DNA from: Candidatus Saccharimonadota bacterium
GTDB lineage: Bacteria; Patescibacteriota; Gracilibacteria; UBA4473
Direction: 5' to 3'
Assembly: GCA_965228485.1 (NCBI GenBank)
Contig: OZ245819.1
Location: forward strand, 840,001 to 872,000
DNA length: 32,000 nucleotides
The notes below the pieces were generated by a model. It searched no databases. It was not told the DNA's origin and saw nothing but the letters and a program-made list of their open reading frames with translations. The position numbers and the translations under genes are program-made. Of this stretch, positions 25,441 to 32,000 are shown piece after piece (the first letter of the stretch is position 1; each line of letters starts with the position of its first letter).

Positions 25441-25716
25441 ATGGCTTTAGAAACAACAGATAATGGTAATTTAACTTTGGCAGCAGTTAATGAAGTTCTT
25501 GGTGATGGATGGGTCGCTGTTCAGAGTCCTAATGGTTTATATAATGGCGCACTTGGTTCAAGTGGTTTTGAACTTATGCAGGGGACAATAGATGCTGAGG
25601 GAGATTTGATTACTACCGCAGATTCATTGCCAGTAGTTAGAGCTAATAATATTGGAAATACGGTTAGGTTTCGATTGCTTAATGGGGTTGATATTGATTT
25701 GCATGAACTTCAATAA
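25441..25716 (+). CDS. Hypothetical acidic, lysine-free 91-aa protein
   Basis: ORF with GNN-rich periodicity. No signal peptide, no Lys, no Cys; rich in G/N/L/D. No family recognised. Sits between the thyA-like and DHFR genes. Confidence 0.4.
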   Translation: MALETTDNGNLTLAAVNEVLGDGWVAVQSPNGLYNGALGSSGFELMQGTIDAEGDLITTADSLPVVRANNIGNTVRFRLLNGVDIDLHELQ

Positions 25717-25734
25717 GAGGGTAATTTTAAACTG

Positions 25735-26238
25735 ATGAAAGTGACCTTGTTAATGGCTATAACCTTAGATGGGAAAATTGCTAAAGATAGCGATCATTTT
25801 CCTGATTGGACGGGGAAAGCGGATAAAAAGTTCTTCATGGAAAGAACCAAAAGAGCAGGTTGTTTAGTTATGGGTTCAAAAACTTTTGCTACCATCGGAA
25901 GGCCTCTTCCAGGAAGAAAAAATATTATTATGACTCGAAGCACTGATCGTGCTTCTGAATGGGATGATTTGGTTTTTACTCACCAAAGCCCAAAAGAAAT
26001 ATTATCGGATCTTGAAAAAGAGAATTTTCAGGAAGTAATTCTTGCGGGAGGAGCTCAAATTAACACTCTCTGGGCTCAAAAAAACTTGATTGATGAAATT
26101 ATCCTTACGATTTCACCACTTTGCTTTGGGGTGGGAATAGATCTTTTTACTGCAGAGGTTGACTTAAATTTAGAATTAGCCGAATTGACAACGCTTGATG
26201 ATAATTTAGTCTGTGTTAGATATAAAGTGAAGAAATGA
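25735..26238 (+). CDS. Dihydrofolate reductase (FolA/RibD-C superfamily)
   Basis: 167 aa. VMGSKTFATIGRPLPGRKNIIMTRS is nearly identical to the E. coli FolA segment IGRPLPGRKNII. N-terminal LLMAITLDGKIA and ADKKFF (catalytic-Asp context) are present. The C-terminal half looks more RibD_C-like. Confidence 0.7.
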   Translation: MKVTLLMAITLDGKIAKDSDHFPDWTGKADKKFFMERTKRAGCLVMGSKTFATIGRPLPGRKNIIMTRSTDRASEWDDLVFTHQSPKEILSDLEKENFQEVILAGGAQINTLWAQKNLIDEIILTISPLCFGVGIDLFTAEVDLNLELAELTTLDDNLVCVRYKVKK

Positions 26239-26885
26239 TTCTAACTCGTCACGAAATCAAAGAGCTGATTGAGAAAGGAGATCTACGGTTTACTCCTTCG
26301 TTAGACAAATTTCAAAATCAACCACATGCGGTCGATTTACGTTTAGGGACGGTATTCTACCTTCCAAAAACCTGGAAAACTACTGATCGAGGAAGAGAGG
26401 TTTTAACGGTTGATGTTACTGAAACAGCGGGAGATAATTATGAAAAAATTGAATTAAAGCCTGGGCAATTTTTTGATCTTGCCCCTGGAGAATCAATCAT
26501 TGCTTCTACTCTTGAAAATATTTGTGTAGAAGCCCCAGATCTCATGGGGATACTTTATCCTAGAAGTTCCATTAATCGTCGAGGGTTATCGGTGGATTTG
26601 ACGGGTATTATCGATACTTTTTATTGCGGGAATTTAATGATTCCTATTCTTAATAAAACGAGTTCTCAGGTGATTCGTATTTATCCAGGAGAGAGAATTT
26701 GTCAGGTAGTTTTTCACAAACTCACTCAGTCTTTGACCAAGGAAGAAGCCCTTATTCATGGGAAAGTAGCTGCAAAATATAATGATTCAGATGGGCATAA
26801 CCTTTCCTCTAAAAAAGATGCAGATGAGGAAATTTCACTTATAAAGTCAGGTGACCTAGATGGACTCAAGAAGCATATCTACTAG
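26235..26885 (+). CDS. dCTP deaminase/dUTPase-superfamily protein (Dcd-like, catalytic Glu not conserved)
   Basis: 216 aa. Dcd-type N-terminus (VDLRLG), PRSSINRRGL (the R-S-S of Dcd), GIIDTFYCGNLMIPILN and PGERICQVVF. By ungapped alignment to E. coli Dcd from the RSS motif onward, E138 (VLEFYN) corresponds to Pro. ATGA overlap with the DHFR gene. Confidence 0.65.
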   Translation: MILTRHEIKELIEKGDLRFTPSLDKFQNQPHAVDLRLGTVFYLPKTWKTTDRGREVLTVDVTETAGDNYEKIELKPGQFFDLAPGESIIASTLENICVEAPDLMGILYPRSSINRRGLSVDLTGIIDTFYCGNLMIPILNKTSSQVIRIYPGERICQVVFHKLTQSLTKEEALIHGKVAAKYNDSDGHNLSSKKDADEEISLIKSGDLDGLKKHIY

Positions 26886-26919
26886 CCAGAGCTTCTAATT
26901 TTCGGCATAATTGATATTG

Positions 26920-27717
26920 ATGTTCTGGGAGGTCTTTGCACACGAGTACTTTTGGCTGAGTTTTTTGCCAATCTCTTTCTTGGGAACAGGATTTTGGTTG
27001 CTTTTTTTTGATCGTGCCAGAGATACTCGAGATCCTCTACCACTTCTTTTTATGGCTGTTGGAGCGGGGGTTCTTAGTTGTGTTCTTTATAGCCTCTTTG
27101 GTGGTGCACTCGGAATTAAGCACTTTTTAGCTCAAGTGTTTTGGGAAGAGTTTTTCAAAATGTATATGGCCATTGTAGCTATGGAGCTTTTTAAACATCG
27201 TTTCAAAAGTATTGCTGGCGGGGTGGTTTATGGATTTGCAGTAGGACTTGGTTTTGCTATGGCGGAAAATATTATTTATCTTTCTCGAGTTTATGAACTC
27301 TATCAATTTGATGCAGGATTCTGGCTCACTTGGCAGGGGCGTTTCTGGAGTTCAACAATTCTGCATGGTGTGACCATGGCTATTTTTGGACTCTTTTATG
27401 CTTCGGCTTATTTACACAGAACTATTGCAAAAGATGAACACGAGTCTCCTCTTAAAGTATTTTGGACATTACCAAGCCTGAAGCAAGTGTGGAGAATCTT
27501 TACGCTAGATATAGCTCGGAAACATATGCTTTTTGAATGCAGAGACTGCTTAGGAGGGTATAGAGCTAGAACGGTAATATTAGAAGGTTTTTGGGCCGCT
27601 GTTTTGGTACATGCAATGTTTAATTTGGCACTTGAATATTCATTTCCTGAGATTTCTATTATTTTAGCGTTGTTTTTTATGTGGTATTTGCGGTATCAAG
27701 TAGATAGAGCTCAATAA
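26920..27717 (+). CDS. PrsW-family intramembrane protease (paralog 2)
   Basis: Polytopic membrane protein with WEEFFKM (EExxK), GFAMAENIIYL, ILHGVTMAIFG and LVHAMFNLALE motifs. The track start is a TTG at 26911; the first ATG is at 26920. Confidence 0.6.
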   Translation: MFWEVFAHEYFWLSFLPISFLGTGFWLLFFDRARDTRDPLPLLFMAVGAGVLSCVLYSLFGGALGIKHFLAQVFWEEFFKMYMAIVAMELFKHRFKSIAGGVVYGFAVGLGFAMAENIIYLSRVYELYQFDAGFWLTWQGRFWSSTILHGVTMAIFGLFYASAYLHRTIAKDEHESPLKVFWTLPSLKQVWRIFTLDIARKHMLFECRDCLGGYRARTVILEGFWAAVLVHAMFNLALEYSFPEISIILALFFMWYLRYQVDRAQ

Positions 27718-27750
27718 AAAAGCGACTCTTAGGTCGCTCTTAATTTTTTC
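27716..27750. terminator. Shared terminator between convergent PrsW-like and sodA genes
   Basis: AAAAA-AGCGAC (27721-27726)-TCTTAG-GTCGCT (27733-27738)-CTTAATTTTTT. A 6-bp perfect stem flanked by an A-run and a T-run. Confidence 0.55.
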
Positions 27751-27753
27751 TAG

Positions 27754-28362
27754 TTAGACACCACCTTCTTCGTACCATTTTTCGACTTGCTCCCAGTTGA
27801 CCACTTCCCAAAAGGCGCTTATGTAGTCAGGTCTTTTGTTTTGGTATTTGAGATAGTAAGCGTGTTCCCAAACATCGAGCCCAAGAATTCGTTTATATCC
27901 TAAAGATAATGGAGAGTCTTGATTAGTGGTAGAAATAATTTTTAAGTCCATATCTTTAACTACAAGCCAGGCCCACCCAGATCCAAATTGGCCCGTAGCT
28001 GCAGCGTTAAATTCTTCTTTCATTTTTTCGAAACTTCCAAAGGTATCATTAATGGCCTCTTCTATTCGGCCATGAGGGTTTCCTCCTCCATTAGGACTTA
28101 TTGCAGCCCAAAAGAAATTGTGATTACAAAATCCTCCAACATTATTTATAATTGCCGCTCTTCGATCAATTGGGAGAGAGTCAATGTTCGTGAGAATTTC
28201 TTTTGGAGTTTTGTTTTCCCATTTGGTGTCAGCAACAGCAGCATTTCCTTTTGACGCATAAGCTTCATGATGCTTCGTGTGGTGAATTTCCATAGTTTTA
28301 GCATCAAAATGAGGTTCTAGTGCATCGTAGGTATATGGTAGTGGTTCAACTTTAAAGGCCAT
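27754..28362 (-). CDS. sodA: Superoxide dismutase, Mn-type signature
   Basis: [25 protein letters not shown] (Gln in the Mn-type position), [18 protein letters not shown]. Confidence 0.93.
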   Translation of the reverse strand: MAFKVEPLPYTYDALEPHFDAKTMEIHHTKHHEAYASKGNAAVADTKWENKTPKEILTNIDSLPIDRRAAIINNVGGFCNHNFFWAAISPNGGGNPHGRIEEAINDTFGSFEKMKEEFNAAATGQFGSGWAWLVVKDMDLKIISTTNQDSPLSLGYKRILGLDVWEHAYYLKYQNKRPDYISAFWEVVNWEQVEKWYEEGGV

Positions 28363-28391
28363 TATTTTATTTTTTATTAAGGTACGCCGAA

Positions 28392-28400
28392 ATTCTAACA
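28392..28400 (-). promoter_or_regulatory. Candidate extended -10 promoter element for sodA
   Basis: Minus strand reads TGT-TAGAAT (TGn plus -10) about 30 nt upstream of the sodA ATG. No good -35 element. Confidence 0.3.
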
Positions 28401-28448
28401 GGATTTGTTAAATAGTGAAGATAATTTATGAATACAAAAAAAGAATAT

Positions 28449-29450
28449 TTATTTTATATTCGCTTTTTCTCGTACCAAGCCTTCAATTTCTGTGGCTAGA
28501 TCAGGATTAGCTTTCAAGAAGTCGACGGCTTTGGCTTTTCCTTGCCCCAACTTGGTATCTAGATAGCTATAAAAGGCTCCTGATTTTGTAATAATTTCTA
28601 GCCTTACTCCTGTGTCGAGAAGGTCTCCCATTTTTGAAATTCCTTCATTGAAGACAATATCAACAACGGCTGTTTTAAATGGAGGCGCGACTTTATTTTT
28701 AACAATTTTGACTTTTGCCTCATTTCCAAAGGCTTCTTTTGCATCCCCTGTTCCCACTTCCATTTTACCTCCCTTTCGTACCTCTACTCTCACTGATGCA
28801 TAAAATTTTAGGGCGTTCCCTCCAGTTGTAGTTTCTGGGCTTCCAAACATAACACCAATCTTCATCCGAATCTGGTTAATGAAAATTATTGTTGTTCCCA
28901 TCTTATTAGCTGTAGCTGTAAGCTTTCTTAAGGCTTGACTCATTAGTCGTGCCTGGAGCCCCATGTGGGAGTCTCCCATTTCTCCTTCAATTTCTGCTCG
29001 CGGTGTAAGAGCCGCCACAGAATCAACAATGATGAGGTCCACTCCTCCAGACCTTACGAGTGCTTCGGTAATATCTAGAGCTTGTTCTCCTGAATCTGGT
29101 TGAGAAAGAAGTAGTTCATCAGTATTTACTCCAACTTTTCTTGCGTATTCTGGGTCCAGTGCGTGTTCAGCATCTACAAATGCAACGGTCCCACCAGCTT
29201 TCTGGAATTCTGCAGCAGCATGAAGTGTGAGCGTCGTCTTTCCTGAAGATTCAGGTCCATAGATTTCGATGATTCTTCCCTTTGGATATCCCCCCCCAAG
29301 GGCGAGATCGATAGAGATAGATCCTGAAGATACAGTTTCAATTTTTACTTGCTCCTGATCTCCCATTTTCATAACGGCTCCTTTTCCAAAATTTTTCTCA
29401 ATTTGGGCTAAGGCGGCTTTTAATGCTTCTTGTTTGGCTTTGTCTGACAT
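28449..29450 (-). CDS. recA: Recombinase RecA
   Basis: GPESSGKTT Walker [48 protein letters not shown]. Confidence 0.97.
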   Translation of the reverse strand: MSDKAKQEALKAALAQIEKNFGKGAVMKMGDQEQVKIETVSSGSISIDLALGGGYPKGRIIEIYGPESSGKTTLTLHAAAEFQKAGGTVAFVDAEHALDPEYARKVGVNTDELLLSQPDSGEQALDITEALVRSGGVDLIIVDSVAALTPRAEIEGEMGDSHMGLQARLMSQALRKLTATANKMGTTIIFINQIRMKIGVMFGSPETTTGGNALKFYASVRVEVRKGGKMEVGTGDAKEAFGNEAKVKIVKNKVAPPFKTAVVDIVFNEGISKMGDLLDTGVRLEIITKSGAFYSYLDTKLGQGKAKAVDFLKANPDLATEIEGLVREKANIK

Positions 29451-29483
29451 TTTAGTTTAATGGTTAGTAATAGTTTTAATTTT

Positions 29484-29624
29484 TTAGCTTCGCACAAGGC
29501 TTTGGTAGGCGAAAGGACTACTCATTAATTTTTGAGTTTTTCTTGGAAGTCTTATTCTTTTTCTTGGGGATTGAGGAAGTCTTCCAGTGGTTTTTAGTCG
29601 GGTTGGTTTGTATTTAAAAATCAT
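29484..29624 (-). CDS. Candidate 46-aa highly basic small protein between lexA and recA
   Basis: Below the ORF-track size cutoff. ATG at 29624-29622 (4 nt after the lexA stop), TAA at 29486-29484 (33 nt before the recA ATG). Sequence MIFKYKPTRLKTTGRLPQSPRKRIRLPRKTQKLMSSPFAYQSLVRS, with 13 K/R in 46 residues. The two GGAAGTCTT DNA repeats encode its two RLP motifs. Confidence 0.3.
   Translation of the reverse strand: MIFKYKPTRLKTTGRLPQSPRKRIRLPRKTQKLMSSPFAYQSLVRS
29545..29585. repeat. Direct 9-mer repeat GGAAGTCTT x2, 30 bp apart; the second copy forms the palindrome GGAAGTCTTCC
   Basis: Copies at 29545-29553 and 29575-29583. The 11-bp palindrome is at 29575-29585. Confidence 0.5.
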
Positions 29625-29628
29625 GGTT

Positions 29629-30252
29629 TTATAGATTAGAAAAAGAGCGCACAACAACGCCTTGTATGCGAAAATCTTCTGTTAGGATAATAGGTTGATG
29701 TATAGGGTTTGAAGATTTTGGCTTGAGAATTACGAGGCCGTTTTCAGGATAATATTCTTTGATAGTGGCTTCATCATCAATAAGAGCTAGAACTTTGTCG
29801 CCTTTCTTTGCAGTATTTTGTTGGCGAATTAAAACAGTGTCTCCATCTTGAATTCCTGCTTTATCCATTGAGTCCCCTTGAATTCGCAGAAGAAAATATT
29901 GGGAATTTGCAGGTGCAATCTTACTACTAATTCTAAAGTAAGCTTCTACATTTTCTTCGGCAAAGATAGGACCACTACAAGAAGTTACTCCCACTAATGG
30001 AATTTCGACAGTACTAGTTTGTCCATCATGATCTTTTTCACTATTGAATGCTAACTTTCGGTTCTCTAATCTGATAAGAATATTTTTATCAATTAACCGT
30101 TCAAACATTACAGAGGCAGACCTTGGAGACTTGTATCCCATGAGGTTCATAAGCTCTCTACAAGAAGGCATCTTCCCCATATGATTGATATGATCTCTTA
30201 TACACTTAATGGCCTCGGCTTCTTTGCTGTCTAGTTGTGATGAATTTATCAT
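29629..30252 (-). CDS. lexA: LexA repressor (S24 peptidase)
   Basis: N-terminal winged HTH (MPSCRELMNLMGYKSPRSASVMFERL), cleavage-region VGVTSCSGPIFAEENVE, catalytic GDSM Ser and the Lys in ATIKEYY. The track start at 30261 is a GTG that would lie upstream of the predicted TSS; the ATG at 30252 is preferred. Confidence 0.85.
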   Translation of the reverse strand: MINSSQLDSKEAEAIKCIRDHINHMGKMPSCRELMNLMGYKSPRSASVMFERLIDKNILIRLENRKLAFNSEKDHDGQTSTVEIPLVGVTSCSGPIFAEENVEAYFRISSKIAPANSQYFLLRIQGDSMDKAGIQDGDTVLIRQQNTAKKGDKVLALIDDEATIKEYYPENGLVILKPKSSNPIHQPIILTEDFRIQGVVVRSFSNL

Positions 30253-30255
30253 TGC

Positions 30256-30290
30256 ATACACTAGTATACACTTTGTATTTTTTTTTGCAA
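30256..30290 (-). promoter_or_regulatory. lexA promoter with an overlapping direct-repeat candidate operator
   Basis: Minus strand TTGCAA (30290-30285), 16-nt spacer, TATACT (30268-30263). Direct repeats ATACAC at 30256-30261 and 30266-30271 (10-bp period; GTGTAT-N4-GTGTAT on the minus strand) bracket the -10 and the predicted TSS. The ATG at 30252 is only about 4-6 nt from the predicted TSS. Confidence 0.45.
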
Positions 30291-30310
30291 GTATTTTTCT
30301 TTAAAAACCT

Positions 30311-30354
30311 AAAAAAGCCTTTTTTATAAAGGGTTTTTTTGTGTATACAAACCC
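30311..30354 (-). terminator. Terminator-like hairpin after the Zn-ribbon gene
   Basis: Minus strand GGGTTT (30354-30349), 12-nt loop, AAACCC (30336-30331), followed by TTTATAAAAAAGGCTTTTTT. Begins 4 nt after the stop at 30358. Confidence 0.4.
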
Positions 30355-30357
30355 TCT

Positions 30358-30711
30358 TTATTCTTCTTCTTTTTCCTCAAGATGGTAAAATCTCTTGAGC
30401 GCATCTTCTCGTCCCGAAGATATTTTTTTTGATCCACAAATACCACAGACAGGGCGAAGCTTTCTACGAACCTCTTTAAGTTCAGGAGGAACAATGGCAT
30501 TACAGTCATGACAGTAAGTTGCCATATTCACTCTTGGAAGATTTTCCCAGTCTGTTTTTCTGTAGGCTTCTAAAACCTCTGGAGTAAGAATTTTGTTGAC
30601 TCCATCCATAGAGTCTTCCCAGTTTTCTAGGGCAATTTTTCCAGTCCCTTTTCCTTCTAGTTGAAATTCGTGCAAAAATGATTGTGGTGTTTGATCTTTT
30701 TTATCGGCCAT
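30358..30711 (-). CDS. Hypothetical zinc-ribbon protein
   Basis: 117 aa. CHDC...(17 aa)...CGIC four-Cys ribbon and an acidic C-terminus. No family recognised. Confidence 0.4.
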   Translation of the reverse strand: MADKKDQTPQSFLHEFQLEGKGTGKIALENWEDSMDGVNKILTPEVLEAYRKTDWENLPRVNMATYCHDCNAIVPPELKEVRRKLRPVCGICGSKKISSGREDALKRFYHLEEKEEE

Positions 30712-31226
30712 TATTCGGATGATTCATTATTTTCTAGAGGAAGTGTTGGATGTTGGAAAAACTTCTTTGCTTCGTGCTGACGATCTAGTTGATAATTTAA
30801 AAATGTCGCTACAAGTCCTGAGATCTGAGCGATAAAAGCAATAAAAATTCCAAATCGGATTTCATGGTCTCCAAAATCTTTCCCGGTTGAGATAAGTACT
30901 GACCATATAAGAACCAGGAGTAAGACTTGCTGTGCCCCAGCGGCAAAGTAAAGTGTGTTTTCTGAGAAGGGTAATTTTACCACCTCTTTTTCAAAGAGTC
31001 GATCTAGGTAAAGTAAAACGATTATTAGTGAGATCAAAAAAATAAAGGCTCCGATGAGAAACCCTGGTCCCTGAAATGCATTATAGAAAAAAGTAGCTTC
31101 ATAGGCTGGGTCCGCTTCAAACCAAGGGAAGAAACATACGACCAGAGTCACGAAATGCGAAAAGAAAATAACCTTTTTTTCAAAAGTTAATTCTCTAAAG
31201 TTTTTGTGCAAAAAAGCGTACTTCAT
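30711..31226 (-). CDS. Hypothetical integral membrane protein
   Basis: 171 aa with 4 predicted TM helices. Its stop overlaps the next gene's start. Confidence 0.4.
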   Translation of the reverse strand: MKYAFLHKNFRELTFEKKVIFFSHFVTLVVCFFPWFEADPAYEATFFYNAFQGPGFLIGAFIFLISLIIVLLYLDRLFEKEVVKLPFSENTLYFAAGAQQVLLLVLIWSVLISTGKDFGDHEIRFGIFIAFIAQISGLVATFLNYQLDRQHEAKKFFQHPTLPLENNESSE

Positions 31227-31274
31227 ACGCTCTTATTGTATCTGTTCTCACCAAAAAGCAAATTTACCTCTTTC

Positions 31275-31721
31275 TTAGTGTCCACAATCTCTATCCAAAG
31301 CCATTGAATGAAGTATTTGCATATCAGCATTTTTGTGTACTGGGGTCATTGGTTTTCTGTTTAGCATTTGAAACCATGAATTTTGAGGGAAGCTTTCAAT
31401 AGGCTCGATTATAGATCTTTCTGAGGGTTGGTCTCTTTCAAACTTTTTTTCCGTTACCACGATATTCCCAGCCTCAGAAATTCTTGCTACCAGCACCCTG
31501 GATATCCCGCTTCTTACAGAAGTCCCATAAACAAATACTGACTCGCTCCCTTTGGCAATGCACGGAACATTGCCACTCATGCTAACCGTGTGATTTACCG
31601 TTTCTCTAACAATTCGTTCTAAGATCGCTTGGCCTTGTTCTCGATTTTGAGCAAAGGCTGGATTGAAATTGCTTAGAGAAAGGATGGCTAATCCGGTGGA
31701 AAGTATATCTTTTGCTTTCAT
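31275..31721 (-). CDS. Hypothetical secreted protein
   Basis: Signal peptide MKAKDILSTGLAILSLSNFNPAFA followed by QNRE. No recognised domain. Confidence 0.4.
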   Translation of the reverse strand: MKAKDILSTGLAILSLSNFNPAFAQNREQGQAILERIVRETVNHTVSMSGNVPCIAKGSESVFVYGTSVRSGISRVLVARISEAGNIVVTEKKFERDQPSERSIIEPIESFPQNSWFQMLNRKPMTPVHKNADMQILHSMALDRDCGH

Positions 31722-31767
31722 TTAATCTTCTTTTAGAACTTTTTTATAAATTTGTCAATATTTGTAA

Positions 31768-32000
<233 letters not shown>

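Noticed and set aside
29451-30330. Canonical SOS boxes (CTGT-N8-ACAG or GAAC-N4-GTTC) upstream of lexA and recA
   Set aside because: I read both strands of both upstream regions and found neither motif, nor near matches. The candidate operator is therefore reported as a different direct repeat.
23846-30509. Further shadow ORFs: 23846-24031, 27988-28254, 28612-28803, 30324-30509
   Set aside because: They overlap the DUF1858/HesB-like gene, sodA, recA and the Zn-ribbon gene respectively. No independent support.

Overview
AT-rich, very compact bacterial chromosome segment read in the standard genetic code: TGA works as a stop and all long housekeeping ORFs are intact. Gene content and style (tiny intergenic gaps, overlapping gene ends, almost no Shine-Dalgarno motifs, orphan domain fusions) suggest a reduced-genome, CPR/Patescibacteria-like bacterium; that placement is inference. 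The window is mostly core housekeeping: a trx-ccdA-fur operon, ftsE, purB, folK, folE, tsaD, RNase J, grx, gap, thrS, rpoC-rpsL-rpsG, a thyA-like/DHFR/dcd-like cluster, sodA, lexA-recA and the start of metG. I saw no transposase, integrase, CRISPR array, rRNA or tRNA. The best-supported new signal is a 15-codon leader ORF upstream of thrS (MFTASTTQTTTTTPV, 8 Thr codons, 5 consecutive). It ends directly on a terminator/antiterminator switch, which fits thr-operon-style ribosome-mediated attenuation applied to a tRNA synthetase. Other items worth a second look: (1) the ThyA homolog has Asp where thymidylate synthases have the uracil-specifying Asn, and a nearby Dcd-family protein lacks the deaminase Glu; (2) a 527-bp AT-rich gap upstream of an rpoC with no adjacent rpoB contains three perfect TTWTNCACA DnaA-box matches; (3) a small non-canonical protein ends in an SSB-type acidic tail (EDLPF); (4) an orphan sigma-70 region 4 is fused to HARE-HTH domains; (5) lexA appears leaderless, with a direct-repeat candidate operator over its -10; (6) an unannotated 46-codon basic ORF fills the lexA-recA spacer. 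All functional calls come from reading motifs by eye and from remembered family signatures; no searches or folding calculations were run.
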